Assembly (NCBI GenBank): GCA_016927995.1
Contig: JAFGLO010000007.1
Span: forward strand, 17,467-81,466
Direction of reading: 5' to 3'
Length of the DNA stretch: 64,000 nt
Source of the DNA: Candidatus Dojkabacteria bacterium
GTDB lineage: Bacteria; Patescibacteriota; Dojkabacteria; JAFGLO01
Part shown: positions 36,023-46,570 of the stretch, piece after piece
How positions within the stretch are numbered: position 1 is the first letter of the stretch
Layout: every line of letters begins with the position of its first letter
The notes under the pieces: generated by a model
The model's database searches: none
What the model was told of the DNA's origin: nothing
Seen by the model: only the letters and a program-made list of their open reading frames with translations
Made by a program: the position numbers and the translations under genes

Positions 36023-36481
36023 ATGCAAATGAAAGAATCCGACGTAAAAATTAAAGATGTAGAAGAACTTGTCGAAAAATATGACAGTCTTAAAAAGAAA
36101 AACAAGCTGGATTTATCAGCAGATCAGGACTTGTCTATTGCAATTATGAACTTAATCAGTATTGAAGAACATCTTTTCTTTAGCGGAGCCAAGACGGGTG
36201 ATTCAGCTTACTACGAACTGTTAGATCAAATTCGTGAGATGCGAAAAGAACTTCTTAAAAAGATTATTAAGGCTTATGAAGGCGAAGTCTGGTGTATTTC
36301 TAAGCATCTTTTGGCCGCAAGTTATCGCCTAATGGAAGTTGGAACCAAAAAATTGTCCCAGGGAGATTCTCAGGAAGCAACGGATCTATTTGATAAAGCT
36401 TATGGTTTATACTCACTCTTTTGGGCATTAAATATGGGAGTAATCAAAGTAACTGACATTAAAACAACCTCTAAATCCTAA
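36023..36481 (+). CDS. Conserved helical hypothetical protein
   Basis: DLSIAIMNLISIEEH, EVWCISKHLL. Confidence 0.75.
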   Translation: MQMKESDVKIKDVEELVEKYDSLKKKNKLDLSADQDLSIAIMNLISIEEHLFFSGAKTGDSAYYELLDQIREMRKELLKKIIKAYEGEVWCISKHLLAASYRLMEVGTKKLSQGDSQEATDLFDKAYGLYSLFWALNMGVIKVTDIKTTSKS

Positions 36482-36882
36482 TGAAAAATGCTATTACCTT
36501 ATTTCTTGAAGCACTCAGCCGTGCTAATATCTCCTTTTCTGTTATAAAAAAAGAACCAAACGGTTCGTTAAAACTTTCAGTAAACCCTGGTGATTTTAAA
36601 AAAACTGCAAAACTTCTGCGTGAAACATTTCCGGACTATACAGAACTCGAACATACAAGACTTAATAACAAAGAATATATTGAATCGGTTGAATTAGAGA
36701 TAGGCGATATCGAAATTACAATCTACTCAAAAAAGAACTTAGCATCGGATTCCACCCCGATAACTTTGTCAAAAAACACCGAGTCCCAAACAAAAGCTAC
36801 CGAATCTTCGAAGAAATCATCAAATTTTTGGTCAAAACTTGGCAAAATGGTAAAAGAAGCAGTAGATTGTTGCATAGAGTAA
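36481..36882 (+). CDS. Hypothetical protein ending in DCCIE
   Basis: TAATG stop/start coupling to the previous gene; C-terminal vicinal Cys pair. Confidence 0.65.
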   Translation: MKNAITLFLEALSRANISFSVIKKEPNGSLKLSVNPGDFKKTAKLLRETFPDYTELEHTRLNNKEYIESVELEIGDIEITIYSKKNLASDSTPITLSKNTESQTKATESSKKSSNFWSKLGKMVKEAVDCCIE

Positions 36883-36962
36883 AAAATATTCTTGTAAAAT
36901 CCTTTACTGTTTCAATGATTAAACCGTGGAACCACGTAAAATGTATTTGAATTATAAAAATA

Positions 36963-37562
36963 TTGAGTCTTTACACTGTACTAATAACAATTAGACTACT
37001 CTGCCAACTATTATTTATATTAATTGTAATAAGAGTTGTATATTTAATTGTTTCATTTAGGGTGGGAGACAAAGTCCCATTTGTTCCATCAGGGAAGCTT
37101 GCAATTCAAAAGATTCTAGAGCATAAAATTATTCCTCGTGCCTCGATTATTTACGATCTAGGTTGTGGAGACGCAAAAGTTCTAGCCTGTCTTATAAAAA
37201 AGATACCTGGAGTCAAGGGAGTTGGCGTGGAAAAAGACCCAATTGTGTTTCCACTCGCCTGGATTAGAAAGCTGTTTTTACTTAATAGATCAAAAGATTT
37301 AAAGCTAATCCTCGGTGATATAAGAAATGTTGATATAAGCAAGGCCGATGTTTTATATGTTTTCTTAATGCCTGAATTTATGAAACAGATAATAATCCCT
37401 AAAATCGAAAAAGAACTTAAACCTGGTGTTTTGGTAATTAGCAATATGTTCGAAATACCCAAAACCAAAAACCTAAGGCTTTACAAAAAGCTACTTTTAA
37501 AGGAATATCGTTTTCCAACTCGTCACAATGAGTATTTATGGATTTATAGAGTAGTGAAATAG
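36963..37562 (+). CDS. Class I SAM-dependent methyltransferase with N-terminal TM helix
   Basis: VPFVPS, IYDLGCGD, GVE, ADVLYVFL, ELKPG.LVISN. Confidence 0.88.
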   Translation: MSLYTVLITIRLLCQLLFILIVIRVVYLIVSFRVGDKVPFVPSGKLAIQKILEHKIIPRASIIYDLGCGDAKVLACLIKKIPGVKGVGVEKDPIVFPLAWIRKLFLLNRSKDLKLILGDIRNVDISKADVLYVFLMPEFMKQIIIPKIEKELKPGVLVISNMFEIPKTKNLRLYKKLLLKEYRFPTRHNEYLWIYRVVK

Positions 37563-37586
37563 TAGGGACATGTCCGCGACTTGTCC
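37562..37586 (+). repeat. REP family GTAG-nGACATGTC (copy)
   Basis: GTAG-ggacatgtc-cgc-gacttgtcc. Confidence 0.78.
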
Positions 37587-37604
37587 TGCGTAGCAGGGAC
37601 GTTT

Positions 37605-38162
37605 CTAAAATAATTTATCCTTTATTCCTCGCATAGCAATAATAACCGTTTGAATATGCTCTTCTATTGAAACACCTATCTCCGCAGCCCCTTTGGAAAT
37701 CACATCCCGATCAACGTTTGAGGCAAAACTTTTCTCTTTAAACCGTTTAAGAACCGATTTAACCTCTAATCCATCAATTTTGTCAGGCCGAACAAGTGAG
37801 CAAGCAATAATAAATCCAGTAAGTTCATCGACAGCCCAAAGCGTTTTAGCCATTAAACTTTCGGGCTTTTCTCCGCCACGCTTATCCCAGTCTTTATATC
37901 CGTATCCGTGAGAATTAACAGCATGAGCAAGGTCAGTTTCGCCCATTTCCCTTAACTTCTTTACAATAATTGCAGGATGTTCATCCGGATATTTCTCCCA
38001 ATCAGCATCATGTAAAAGTCCGGCAATTCCCCAAAGCTCAGGATTTTCGTTAAATCTTTTGGCATAAGCTATCATAGCTGCTTCTACAGCAAGCATATGC
38101 TTTTTAAGATTGGGTTTGTCGATAAGCTCATCGACAATTTGCATTGCAGCTTCACGTGTCAT
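37605..38162 (-). CDS. HD-domain phosphohydrolase
   Basis: KHMLAVEAAM, GLLHDAD, SHG, DELTGFI. Confidence 0.9.
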   Translation of the reverse strand: MTREAAMQIVDELIDKPNLKKHMLAVEAAMIAYAKRFNENPELWGIAGLLHDADWEKYPDEHPAIIVKKLREMGETDLAHAVNSHGYGYKDWDKRGGEKPESLMAKTLWAVDELTGFIIACSLVRPDKIDGLEVKSVLKRFKEKSFASNVDRDVISKGAAEIGVSIEEHIQTVIIAMRGIKDKLF

Positions 38163-38271
38163 ATGTATCGCCTGTTTATATTATCTGCTCAAGCTAGTAT
38201 ACCAGACTTTACTTAATATTACGTATTAACTATAATCAAAAATTCGACTTAAACTCATCAACTGCTCAACT

Positions 38272-39291
38272 GTGGATAAACAATTAAAAGATGTCCTTTC
38301 ATCTGCAAGGAAGATTGCAATCACTGCACATATTTCCCCTGACCCTGACGCAATTGGTTCCCTTTCCTTTTTATATCAGATATTAAAATCCAACTATCCT
38401 GACAAGAAGATTATTATGTCGGTAGACGATGGGTTTGCAAAAAATCTATCGTTTATAAAATTTTCCGATAAAATAAAACTACAGCCCTTAGTAAAAACAA
38501 TTGCGGATCAAAAGCCTGATTTATTAATTTTCCTTGACGGAAATGAGTTTAAACGATTTGCCAAGGAAGATCCGGAGAAGCTAAAAGCCAAGATAACAAA
38601 AGCTAAAATTAAAACAGTGATTATTGACCACCATCCAATTATTAATAAAATGGGTGTTGACCTATACATTCAGAAAGAGACCTCTTCAACAGCCGAATTG
38701 ATCTACGAAATACTCAACGACATAATAACACTTGATCGAGATTCCGCAGAAGCACTACTTACTTCAATTGTCGCCGATACCGGGCGATTTCTATACCCCC
38801 TAAGGTATCCAAAGTCAACATTTGCATTGGTAACAGAATGTTTTAAACACGGAATTCTAATTGAAGAACTATCAAACAAAATGGTGCGATATACACGGTC
38901 TCAACTACTTATTATTGCAGAACTCTTAAAAAATACTGTAGTTACATCTGATTATACATACAGTTTTTATAGTCGTGAATTTTTAAATAATTGGTTTAAG
39001 GAAACAAAGGGCACAAAATATGAGGCAGGGGAGGCAAATCATTCATATGTTCATACATATTTACGTGCCGCAAATGGAAATAAATGGGGATTTACTATTA
39101 CTCCACATACTGATAATAAAAAAACTTTTAGAGTTTCGTTTAGGGCTGATAACGCTGCCGGCATTGATACCTCAATATTTTCAAAAGCACTTGGTGGAGG
39201 AGGACATAAACCAGCATCAGGAGCAGAGTTTGAGGCAAAAGATATAAAAGAGGCTATAAAAAAAGTTAAACAGATAATTAAAAATTGTTAA
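38272..39291 (+). CDS. DHH/DHHA1 phosphoesterase (NrnA-like)
   Basis: HISPDPDAIGS, IDHH, DTGRF, SFR, GGGGHKPASG. Confidence 0.93.
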   Translation: MDKQLKDVLSSARKIAITAHISPDPDAIGSLSFLYQILKSNYPDKKIIMSVDDGFAKNLSFIKFSDKIKLQPLVKTIADQKPDLLIFLDGNEFKRFAKEDPEKLKAKITKAKIKTVIIDHHPIINKMGVDLYIQKETSSTAELIYEILNDIITLDRDSAEALLTSIVADTGRFLYPLRYPKSTFALVTECFKHGILIEELSNKMVRYTRSQLLIIAELLKNTVVTSDYTYSFYSREFLNNWFKETKGTKYEAGEANHSYVHTYLRAANGNKWGFTITPHTDNKKTFRVSFRADNAAGIDTSIFSKALGGGGHKPASGAEFEAKDIKEAIKKVKQIIKNC

Positions 39292-39314
39292 TACAGTTAC
39301 GGTTGAGCTTGAAC

Positions 39315-39929
39315 TTAGCCTTTTTTCCCGGATATTTTCCCAAACATAGGAATCACTGCGATATTTCCATACCGCTTGTCGTCGACTACAGTATTATCTA
39401 ATGGCACTAGATCGCCGTACCGATTTACTATTTCAAGTGCAACCATAGCATCGTCAAGCCCGCGGTGGGATCTAAACTTAAGTCCCATATAATCTTTTAA
39501 AAAGCCAAGCTTATATGAGGGGAGGTATGGCATGCCTTTACGAGCAACCCTTACGCTGCAAAGCCTAGGTGCAACAACAATTGGTTGATCATATCTATAA
39601 AATTCCGAGTTAACAAAGTCAAAATCAAAATAAACATTGTGCGCAATAAACACAAAATCTTCAATAAAATCACGAAACTCCTTAATAGCCTTAACGGGAT
39701 CCTTGGCATTTTGGTCAAATTCCTCCTGAGTAATACCGGTTAAAAGTGTTGTGCCCAAAGAAATATCGTCAACCGTTTTTATCAATTTATCAAATTTAGC
39801 TGTTACGTTGCCATGTTCAACTTTTACTGCACCAATCTCAATTACACGTGCGTCTGAATACGAAAGACCAGTGGTTTCCACGTCAACAACCACAAAATTG
39901 TCTGTTCCATCAAAAAGTCTCATACACAA
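39315..39929 (-). CDS. DEDDh 3'-5' exonuclease (DnaQ-like)
   Basis: VDVETTGL, IEIGAV, AHNVYFD, HRGLDDA. Confidence 0.93.
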   Translation of the reverse strand: MCMRLFDGTDNFVVVDVETTGLSYSDARVIEIGAVKVEHGNVTAKFDKLIKTVDDISLGTTLLTGITQEEFDQNAKDPVKAIKEFRDFIEDFVFIAHNVYFDFDFVNSEFYRYDQPIVVAPRLCSVRVARKGMPYLPSYKLGFLKDYMGLKFRSHRGLDDAMVALEIVNRYGDLVPLDNTVVDDKRYGNIAVIPMFGKISGKKG

Positions 39930-40057
39930 TTATACAGTAATTTAGTTTATTACCTTACCCCCTGTGTGATTAAATCTTGCTGGATGTCAACTTTAGTCAT
40001 TGTTAAAAGTTTAAACTACTGATAATATCTATGTATAGATAAGTTAAAATAAAGGTC

Positions 40058-40501
40058 ATGCCTAATACCCAGAATTCAATCTTAAATCGGTCACTGGTCC
40101 GTGTTTTTATTTATGCAATAGTCTTTTTTCTAATCCAGTTCTTTAGTTCTCAATATGAAGGGCCCACATGGCTCGAAACCGTCGGAATAATAATGTTTTT
40201 CCTTGGAATTACAATGTATACCATTGGCTTAAATAATCTTTCAATTCAAACTGCTTTTTTTGAAAGTTCCAAAACCCTTGTTACCACCGGAATTTACTCA
40301 ATTGTAAGACATCCGTTATACACAGCTGTTGCCATAACCTATCTCGGAGCAGGAATTTGGAATCAATCAATTGCCGGAATCCTGACCACCTTATTTATTC
40401 TAATTCCGGTGTTATTTTACTTTGCAAGAGAAGAAGAAAAAGACCTTATTACCCGTTTTGGTGAGGACTACATTAATTATAAAAAGAAAACACTTTTTTA
40501 A
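40058..40501 (+). CDS. Isoprenylcysteine carboxyl methyltransferase (ICMT/PEMT) family protein
   Basis: LVTTGIYSIVRHPLY, EEEKDL..RFGEDY..YKK. Confidence 0.9.
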   Translation: MPNTQNSILNRSLVRVFIYAIVFFLIQFFSSQYEGPTWLETVGIIMFFLGITMYTIGLNNLSIQTAFFESSKTLVTTGIYSIVRHPLYTAVAITYLGAGIWNQSIAGILTTLFILIPVLFYFAREEEKDLITRFGEDYINYKKKTLF

Positions 40502-41815
40502 ATGAACATAGAAACTCTTGTTATTATAATAATTGCGCTTCAAGTGTTAGTTCTTGCTTTATTATTATTTGGGAAAAAACACTCGACTGATTCCCTTGAA
40601 AACGAAATCAATACAAATGTTAAACGTCTGGAACCACTATTCAAGGAAGAAATGGCTCAGAGTCGCCGCGAAAATGCCGACAACCAGCGTGCCACCCGCG
40701 AAGAGCTTGGAAAAAACGTTAAAGACTTTGGTGATTCACTCGATAAACGAATAAGCTCGTTTGCACTTCTACAAAACAAAAACTTTTCACAATTTTCCGA
40801 TAGCCTATCAAAAGTTAATCAAAATACTCAAAAACAAATGGAAGATGTAAGGCTGACAATCGAAAAGAAGCTTGATTCAATTCGTGAAGATAACACCATT
40901 CAGCTTGATAAAATGCGTTCTACAGTCGATGAGAAACTTACTGAAACCCTTGACAAACGCCTCGGTGAAAAATTTAAGCTTGTAAATGACAGGCTGGAAC
41001 AAGTTTATAAAGGACTGGGTGAAATGCAAAATCTTGCTCAAGGCGTAGGTGACCTTAAAAAGGTATTATCAGGTGTAAAAGTTAGAGGTACCTGGGGTGA
41101 GGTTCAGCTTGGAAGCCTTTTAGAACAAATCTTAACACCAGAACAGTACGACACTAACGTATCAACCAAACAAGGAAGTCACGAAGTTGTCGAATTTGCA
41201 ATCAAAATTCCAGATAAAAAAGAGAAAGGCTCATTCCTTTATCTCCCTATCGATGTTAAATTCCCAATGGAGGATTACGAGCGGCTTATAAAAGCTCAGG
41301 AAACCGCCGAAAAAGAAACAATCTTACTTGCACAAAAAGCAATTCAACTTAGAATTAAATCGGAGGCTAAAGATATTTTTGACAAATATATTGATCCCCC
41401 AAACACAACTGACTTTGGAATCCTGTACCTTCCAATCGAAGGGTTATACGCCGAAGTCACCCAACAGATCGGGCTTTGTGAGCAGCTTCAGCGTGAATTT
41501 CACATCGTGGTAATGGGTCCAAATACTGTTGCTGCTTTTCTAAACAGTCTACAAATTGGATTTAGAACCCTTGCAATTGAAAAGCGTACAAGTGAAGTAT
41601 GGAATCTTTTAACCACAATCAAAGAAGAGTTCGGTAAATTTGGAATTATTCTTACAAAGGCTGAAAGTCAGCTTGCTACCGTACAAAATACTCTTAAGCA
41701 AGCCAACTCCAAAACCACAACAATATCCAGAAAACTTACAAAGGTCGAGCAATTACCAATTGGAACCAACAAAGAACCAGAAGAAACCGAAAATATACCA
41801 CTCCTTGAGGAATAA
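40502..41815 (+). CDS. rmuC: DNA recombination protein RmuC
   Basis: N-terminal TM helix, coiled coil, RGTWGEVQL, PIDVKFP, KYIDPP.TTDF. Confidence 0.95.
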   Translation: MNIETLVIIIIALQVLVLALLLFGKKHSTDSLENEINTNVKRLEPLFKEEMAQSRRENADNQRATREELGKNVKDFGDSLDKRISSFALLQNKNFSQFSDSLSKVNQNTQKQMEDVRLTIEKKLDSIREDNTIQLDKMRSTVDEKLTETLDKRLGEKFKLVNDRLEQVYKGLGEMQNLAQGVGDLKKVLSGVKVRGTWGEVQLGSLLEQILTPEQYDTNVSTKQGSHEVVEFAIKIPDKKEKGSFLYLPIDVKFPMEDYERLIKAQETAEKETILLAQKAIQLRIKSEAKDIFDKYIDPPNTTDFGILYLPIEGLYAEVTQQIGLCEQLQREFHIVVMGPNTVAAFLNSLQIGFRTLAIEKRTSEVWNLLTTIKEEFGKFGIILTKAESQLATVQNTLKQANSKTTTISRKLTKVEQLPIGTNKEPEETENIPLLEE

Positions 41816-41836
41816 ATATCTCTTTAGACTACTTGC

Positions 41837-43183
41837 ATGAAAGCACAATTTTACTACATTAAAACCTACGGTTGCCAGATGAATATTACTGACAGCAATC
41901 GAATTCGTACTATATTAGATAATGCCGGATTTACCGAAACAAAATCCGTAGAAGATACTGACATATTTATTGCAGTCAGCTGTAGTGTCAGGGAAAGGGC
42001 CGAGGCCAAAACACTTAACCACATTAGAGACTTAAAGCGAAGTAGGGGGAAAAATAAACCCGTTTTAACCGTTCTAACCGGATGTATGGTGCGCCGCGAT
42101 CATAAAAATTCCGTATGCAAAAATACACAGGAAAATGTAAGAAATCTTAAACAAAAGTCCGGAAATTCTATTGATATCTACATCGATTTACGAGATATTA
42201 AACGGCTTCCGCAAAAATTAAGCAAATTAGGGAAGGGGAGTGACTCCCCTATTACAATAAATGAACGTACGCCTTCCTCCTATCTTCAACTCCAGCAAAA
42301 ACATACCCCCGACGGTATAGAGGCATATATCCCAATAATGACAGGATGCAGTCAGTTTTGTACCTACTGTATTGTACCGTTTTCACGCGGTGAAGAATTT
42401 TGCAGAACAAAAAAAGCTATTATTGCCGACGTGGAAACAGCCCTAAGCTCCGGAAAAAAGATAATTGTACTGCTTGGACAAATAGTTGATAAATGGAGCC
42501 AAGACGGCAAAACCTTTCTTGATCTGCTTAAGTCAGTCTGTCGAATAGATGGCGAATTTTTTGTAACATTCTTAAGCCCGCACCCAAGTTTTATAACAAA
42601 TGAAATTATTGATTATATCTTCAAAGAACCCAAAATGCTTAAATACCTTGGACTTCCATTGCAAGCCGGCAGCAATAGAATTCTTAAAAAGATGAATCGG
42701 ACCTATACTACCCGGAAGTATCTCAAGCTAATTGACTATATTAGATCAAAAGAAATGAATACCGGCAAACTTTTATATCTTACTACCGATATTATTGTTG
42801 GATTTCCGAGCGAAACAAAAAATGAGTTTAATGAGACTGTCGAAATACTAAACCAAATTCAGTTTAATAAAGTTTTTCTTGCCTACTATTCGGAACGTCC
42901 GTTTTCGATTGCCGCAAAGGTTTTCCCGGATGATATTCCCTTAGCCGAAAAGAAGAAGCGAAAGCAAATACTTATCGAGGTTACCGACAAAATTTTTGAA
43001 AGCAAAAACAAAGCCCTTTTAGGTAAAGAAGTTACTGTAATTGCCAAAACTCAAAAGATTGGCTTTATGGACACCTACCAATTTGTCGAGATACTAAATT
43101 TACCCCCTAATTCGATCGGCAAAGTTCTAAAAGGAAAAATAACATACGGTGGGAGGTATGGAATTAGGGTAAAAGTGTTTTAG
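41837..43183 (+). CDS. miaB: tRNA methylthiotransferase MiaB
   Basis: TYGCQMN, CSVRERAE, GCSQFCTYCIVP..RG.E, TDIIVGFP. Confidence 0.9.
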   Translation: MKAQFYYIKTYGCQMNITDSNRIRTILDNAGFTETKSVEDTDIFIAVSCSVRERAEAKTLNHIRDLKRSRGKNKPVLTVLTGCMVRRDHKNSVCKNTQENVRNLKQKSGNSIDIYIDLRDIKRLPQKLSKLGKGSDSPITINERTPSSYLQLQQKHTPDGIEAYIPIMTGCSQFCTYCIVPFSRGEEFCRTKKAIIADVETALSSGKKIIVLLGQIVDKWSQDGKTFLDLLKSVCRIDGEFFVTFLSPHPSFITNEIIDYIFKEPKMLKYLGLPLQAGSNRILKKMNRTYTTRKYLKLIDYIRSKEMNTGKLLYLTTDIIVGFPSETKNEFNETVEILNQIQFNKVFLAYYSERPFSIAAKVFPDDIPLAEKKKRKQILIEVTDKIFESKNKALLGKEVTVIAKTQKIGFMDTYQFVEILNLPPNSIGKVLKGKITYGGRYGIRVKVF

Positions 43184-43273
43184 GGGTCAAATTGAGGCTC
43201 TGGGGAGCTTTTCTTTATCCATTCTTAATTCTCGCCGTGGTTTTTATCATCTATTACACGTCATTACACCGTT

Positions 43274-43915
43274 TTACTCCTTGTTTCCATTACCAAGCCT
43301 GGCAAGCCCCAGCCTTACCGCCTGTGAAGCTTCACTAAGAACATTTAAGACCCGTAACTGATCGTTAACGTCGGTAATATGACAAAAGGATGCTGGATAA
43401 AGCTCATTTACAAAAGTAACCAAATTTATAAGTCCTGAATAAATTAATGCCCCGGGATAAAATTCTTTGTAACTTGTCCTGTTACGTTTAACTTGCTCTA
43501 TATCTACTAACACAATTGGTACTCTTTTGGTCTCTCCATATTCGTTAAAATCATATTCAAATTTATATCCAGGTAATTCAATTGCTTCTTTAGTTAGACT
43601 ACCAGAAGGATCTTCTACATTAAAAAATATACCCCAATAACGACGTCCTAATATTGAATCAACTTTATCAGAAATCTTAATTCTCAGCTTTTCGGAACTG
43701 TCCGATGGTAATCCTATTGAATAATTAGGAGAAAACGGATTTTGGGGGTCATTAACCTCTAGATTATAAGTTTTTAAGCGTTCGTTAAGCTGTTCCAGTT
43801 CCCAAACCGCAATGCCATGCAAATATTCAACACGTTCACCTGGGGTCTTTATTTCTTCAAACTCACGGCTTAATCTTCTATTGACAACGATTCCTTCTGG
43901 TGACTTAGGTGACAT
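43274..43915 (-). CDS. Hypothetical protein
   Basis: 213-aa ORF with no motif recognised. Confidence 0.6.
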   Translation of the reverse strand: MSPKSPEGIVVNRRLSREFEEIKTPGERVEYLHGIAVWELEQLNERLKTYNLEVNDPQNPFSPNYSIGLPSDSSEKLRIKISDKVDSILGRRYWGIFFNVEDPSGSLTKEAIELPGYKFEYDFNEYGETKRVPIVLVDIEQVKRNRTSYKEFYPGALIYSGLINLVTFVNELYPASFCHITDVNDQLRVLNVLSEASQAVRLGLARLGNGNKE

Positions 43916-44191
43916 ACAACATTTCTTATGTAAGAAATTATTGAATTTACTGCAATATTATAGCAATAAATGCCAAGGAGTAGGGTAATTTAGAGGCAGA
44001 ACACCCTAAACTACCAACGAATCTAGAGTTTTGAGACAACTAAACCACTAAACAGAAAATTCCCGGAAAATTCATGAAAATTAGCTTAAAATCTAGACCA
44101 ATGCAGGCGAATAAACGTTAATTTTTAGTGCTATTTTCTAAATAAATCAAGAAAAATTCAAAACATGTATTTCGCCAAATTCATACCGCCT

Positions 44192-44219
44192 TCCGAGTAT
44201 AAGGGTGATTATACTCAGT
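44192..44219. other. dif-like 11-6-11 palindrome (candidate Xer site or operator)
   Basis: TCCGAGTATAA-GGGTGA-TTATACTCAGT. Confidence 0.35.
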
Positions 44220-44549
44220 TTCGATATTCCCTATTTTACGTTTTTTGAGCGGCTTTTTTCAAAAAGGAGAAGACCGTCAGAAAAATATATATAATTCTCC
44301 TGTAATGCTTCGAGCCGTTCTTGTGACAAAGAGCTTAAATCCATTATTTCTCGTATATTTTGAAGCCCCCGGTTAAATAGCATTAGACAAATGCTACTAG
44401 ACGAAGTGTACAGTTCGTCCATTATGTCCAAGTTATCCACACCAAAATATTACAGGATACATTTTCACACCCAGGCTTGACTCGATTATTATGGGACACT
44501 CCCCTTCTCTACGTTCAATCATTCCCTCAAAAACGTTATCCGATAAGGA

Positions 44550-45569
44550 TTAAAAATAAGTTGCACTCGAATAAATGATAACGATAACGGCCATAATTAT
44601 TAGATAATACTCAATAATTATGGAAAGATTAAGCTTCTGTCTAAACGAACTCATAAGCGTTCCGGTCGCAGCAGCAAAAACCATTGCAGGATAAATGGAA
44701 GCAATCTTGTAATTTATTGGCCATATAAAAAGCACTATCATTGCAATAAAAGATACAAGTCCAATTCCTACGGAAAGTGCTAAATTAACACGAATTGCGC
44801 CTCCAAATGTAAAAATAATAGGATACGCAATAACTGTATAAACAAGAAACAGAACAGTATAGTAGTACCAGGGAAATGAGAACGTTAGAAGTCCCAATGT
44901 AAAGAAATATACTGAAATAATCCCAACAATATATACAACGGTCTGAGCAACTTGCAGCAAAGGTACTGTTCTTACTTGTGAAACGTTAACAATATTTGCA
45001 GATAAAAATACAACTTCAGAAAATCCAAACAGAAATATCAGAATAACTGCAAAAGATAAAATCTCATCGAATCTCGAGAGTTGCCCCAAAAAGAAGAGTT
45101 GAACAAACAAGGTTATTCCAAAAAGAGATGATCCTACAAACATTGCGAGCACCTGAAAGGTAATCATTGTAAGTTCGCCCCAGAAAATCCATAACAAAAG
45201 TAAAACGCCAACGGCAGCAAAAACAATTGCATCAAGGAAAATATCCTGAATTTCAATATTTTGACTTCGAAAGAATCTTAAGGCAATAAAAATTCCAACA
45301 ATTATTACGGACCCCAAAAACATTCTTCTTCGCTTCCACTTATCCACAACAGCAACGGATTCTTTGGACGCAAAGCGCTTGGGACGAATACTTTTAACAA
45401 GCCCCAACCTATTTATTAATCTTCGCTGAACTTTTTTAATGAACAATTTGAACTTTGACTGATTAACGGCATAAGGAGCGTTTTTAAATAGCTTTAAAGA
45501 AGAATCATCTTCAACCAGTTTCGCTAAAGCCTTTTTGTACCCTTCCCGCTCATTGGTAATTGTGCTCAC
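44550..45569 (-). CDS. Multi-pass membrane protein co-transcribed with ruvB
   Basis: About 9 hydrophobic helices; LSANIVNVSQVRTVPLLQVA. Confidence 0.75.
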   Translation of the reverse strand: MSTITNEREGYKKALAKLVEDDSSLKLFKNAPYAVNQSKFKLFIKKVQRRLINRLGLVKSIRPKRFASKESVAVVDKWKRRRMFLGSVIIVGIFIALRFFRSQNIEIQDIFLDAIVFAAVGVLLLLWIFWGELTMITFQVLAMFVGSSLFGITLFVQLFFLGQLSRFDEILSFAVILIFLFGFSEVVFLSANIVNVSQVRTVPLLQVAQTVVYIVGIISVYFFTLGLLTFSFPWYYYTVLFLVYTVIAYPIIFTFGGAIRVNLALSVGIGLVSFIAMIVLFIWPINYKIASIYPAMVFAAATGTLMSSFRQKLNLSIIIEYYLIIMAVIVIIYSSATYF

Positions 45570-46570
45570 AATAACCTCCCTTCTTGCTGAAATTTAACCC
45601 CTAGTGATTCGTAACCTGCCTTGGTAACAACCCTACCCTTCTTGGTTCTATCAATCAATCCTCTTTTAATTAAGTATGGTTCTATTACTTCTGCAATTGT
45701 TTCTTTATCCTCGGAAATTGCTGTTGCTAACGTAGAAAGGCCTACCGGACCACCGTTAAATTTGTCAACCATCAAACGAAGAATCAATCGATCTGTTTTA
45801 TCAAGCCCGTATTCATCAATTCCCAGCAAATCAAGAGCCTTTTCGACAATGTCTGCAGTTATTTGATCGGAGTTAAATTCAACCCTTGCATGATCTCGCA
45901 CCCGCTTTAGTAATCGAAGCGCTAATCTTGCCGTTCCACGGGCTCTCTTGGCAATAGCTAATGCAGATTCTTTATCGATTTTAATTGCCAAAACATCCGC
46001 GGCCCTTATTATAATACTAGTGAGATCGGAATCATCAAAGAAGTCTAGCCTTATTAAAAGCCCAAAACGATCTCTTAATGGAGACGATAGCAGACTTAGT
46101 CGTGTGGTTGCACCTATTAGGGTAAATTGAGGTAATGCAAGCCTCATAGCCTTTGCTCCGGGACCCTTACCCACAATAATATCAAGTCCAAAATCTTCCA
46201 TGGCAGGATAAAGCACTTCCTCAACGCTTTTGTTAAGCCGATGAATCTCATCAATAAATAAAATGTCACCCCTTTTTAGGTTTGTTAGAATTGCGGCTAA
46301 ATCACCCTGGCGTTCAATTGCAGGACCTGAAGTGATTTTAATATTAACACCCAATTCCTTTGCAATTATATTGGCAAACAATGTTTTACCAAGCCCCGGC
46401 GGACCGTGAAATAATACATGATCTAATGCTTCATTTCGACCACGAGCAGCATTTATTGCCATGCTTATAAGTCTTTTCTCAGAATTACGTCCAATAAGCT
46501 CATTTAGGCTATTAGGTCGCAACTTGGGATCTACAACATTATCTTTTGAAACGGTAACCTTTTTATTCAT
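45566..46570 (-). CDS. ruvB: Holliday junction helicase RuvB
   Basis: LRP, GPPGLGKT, FIDEIHRL, LYPAMED, PLRDRFG, GGPVGL. Confidence 0.98.
   Translation of the reverse strand: MNKKVTVSKDNVVDPKLRPNSLNELIGRNSEKRLISMAINAARGRNEALDHVLFHGPPGLGKTLFANIIAKELGVNIKITSGPAIERQGDLAAILTNLKRGDILFIDEIHRLNKSVEEVLYPAMEDFGLDIIVGKGPGAKAMRLALPQFTLIGATTRLSLLSSPLRDRFGLLIRLDFFDDSDLTSIIIRAADVLAIKIDKESALAIAKRARGTARLALRLLKRVRDHARVEFNSDQITADIVEKALDLLGIDEYGLDKTDRLILRLMVDKFNGGPVGLSTLATAISEDKETIAEVIEPYLIKRGLIDRTKKGRVVTKAGYESLGVKFQQEGRLL

Noticed and set aside
44231-44440. 69-aa ORF in the intergenic gap
   Set aside because: No motif, a GTG start inside a DnaA-box-like sequence, and no supporting evidence
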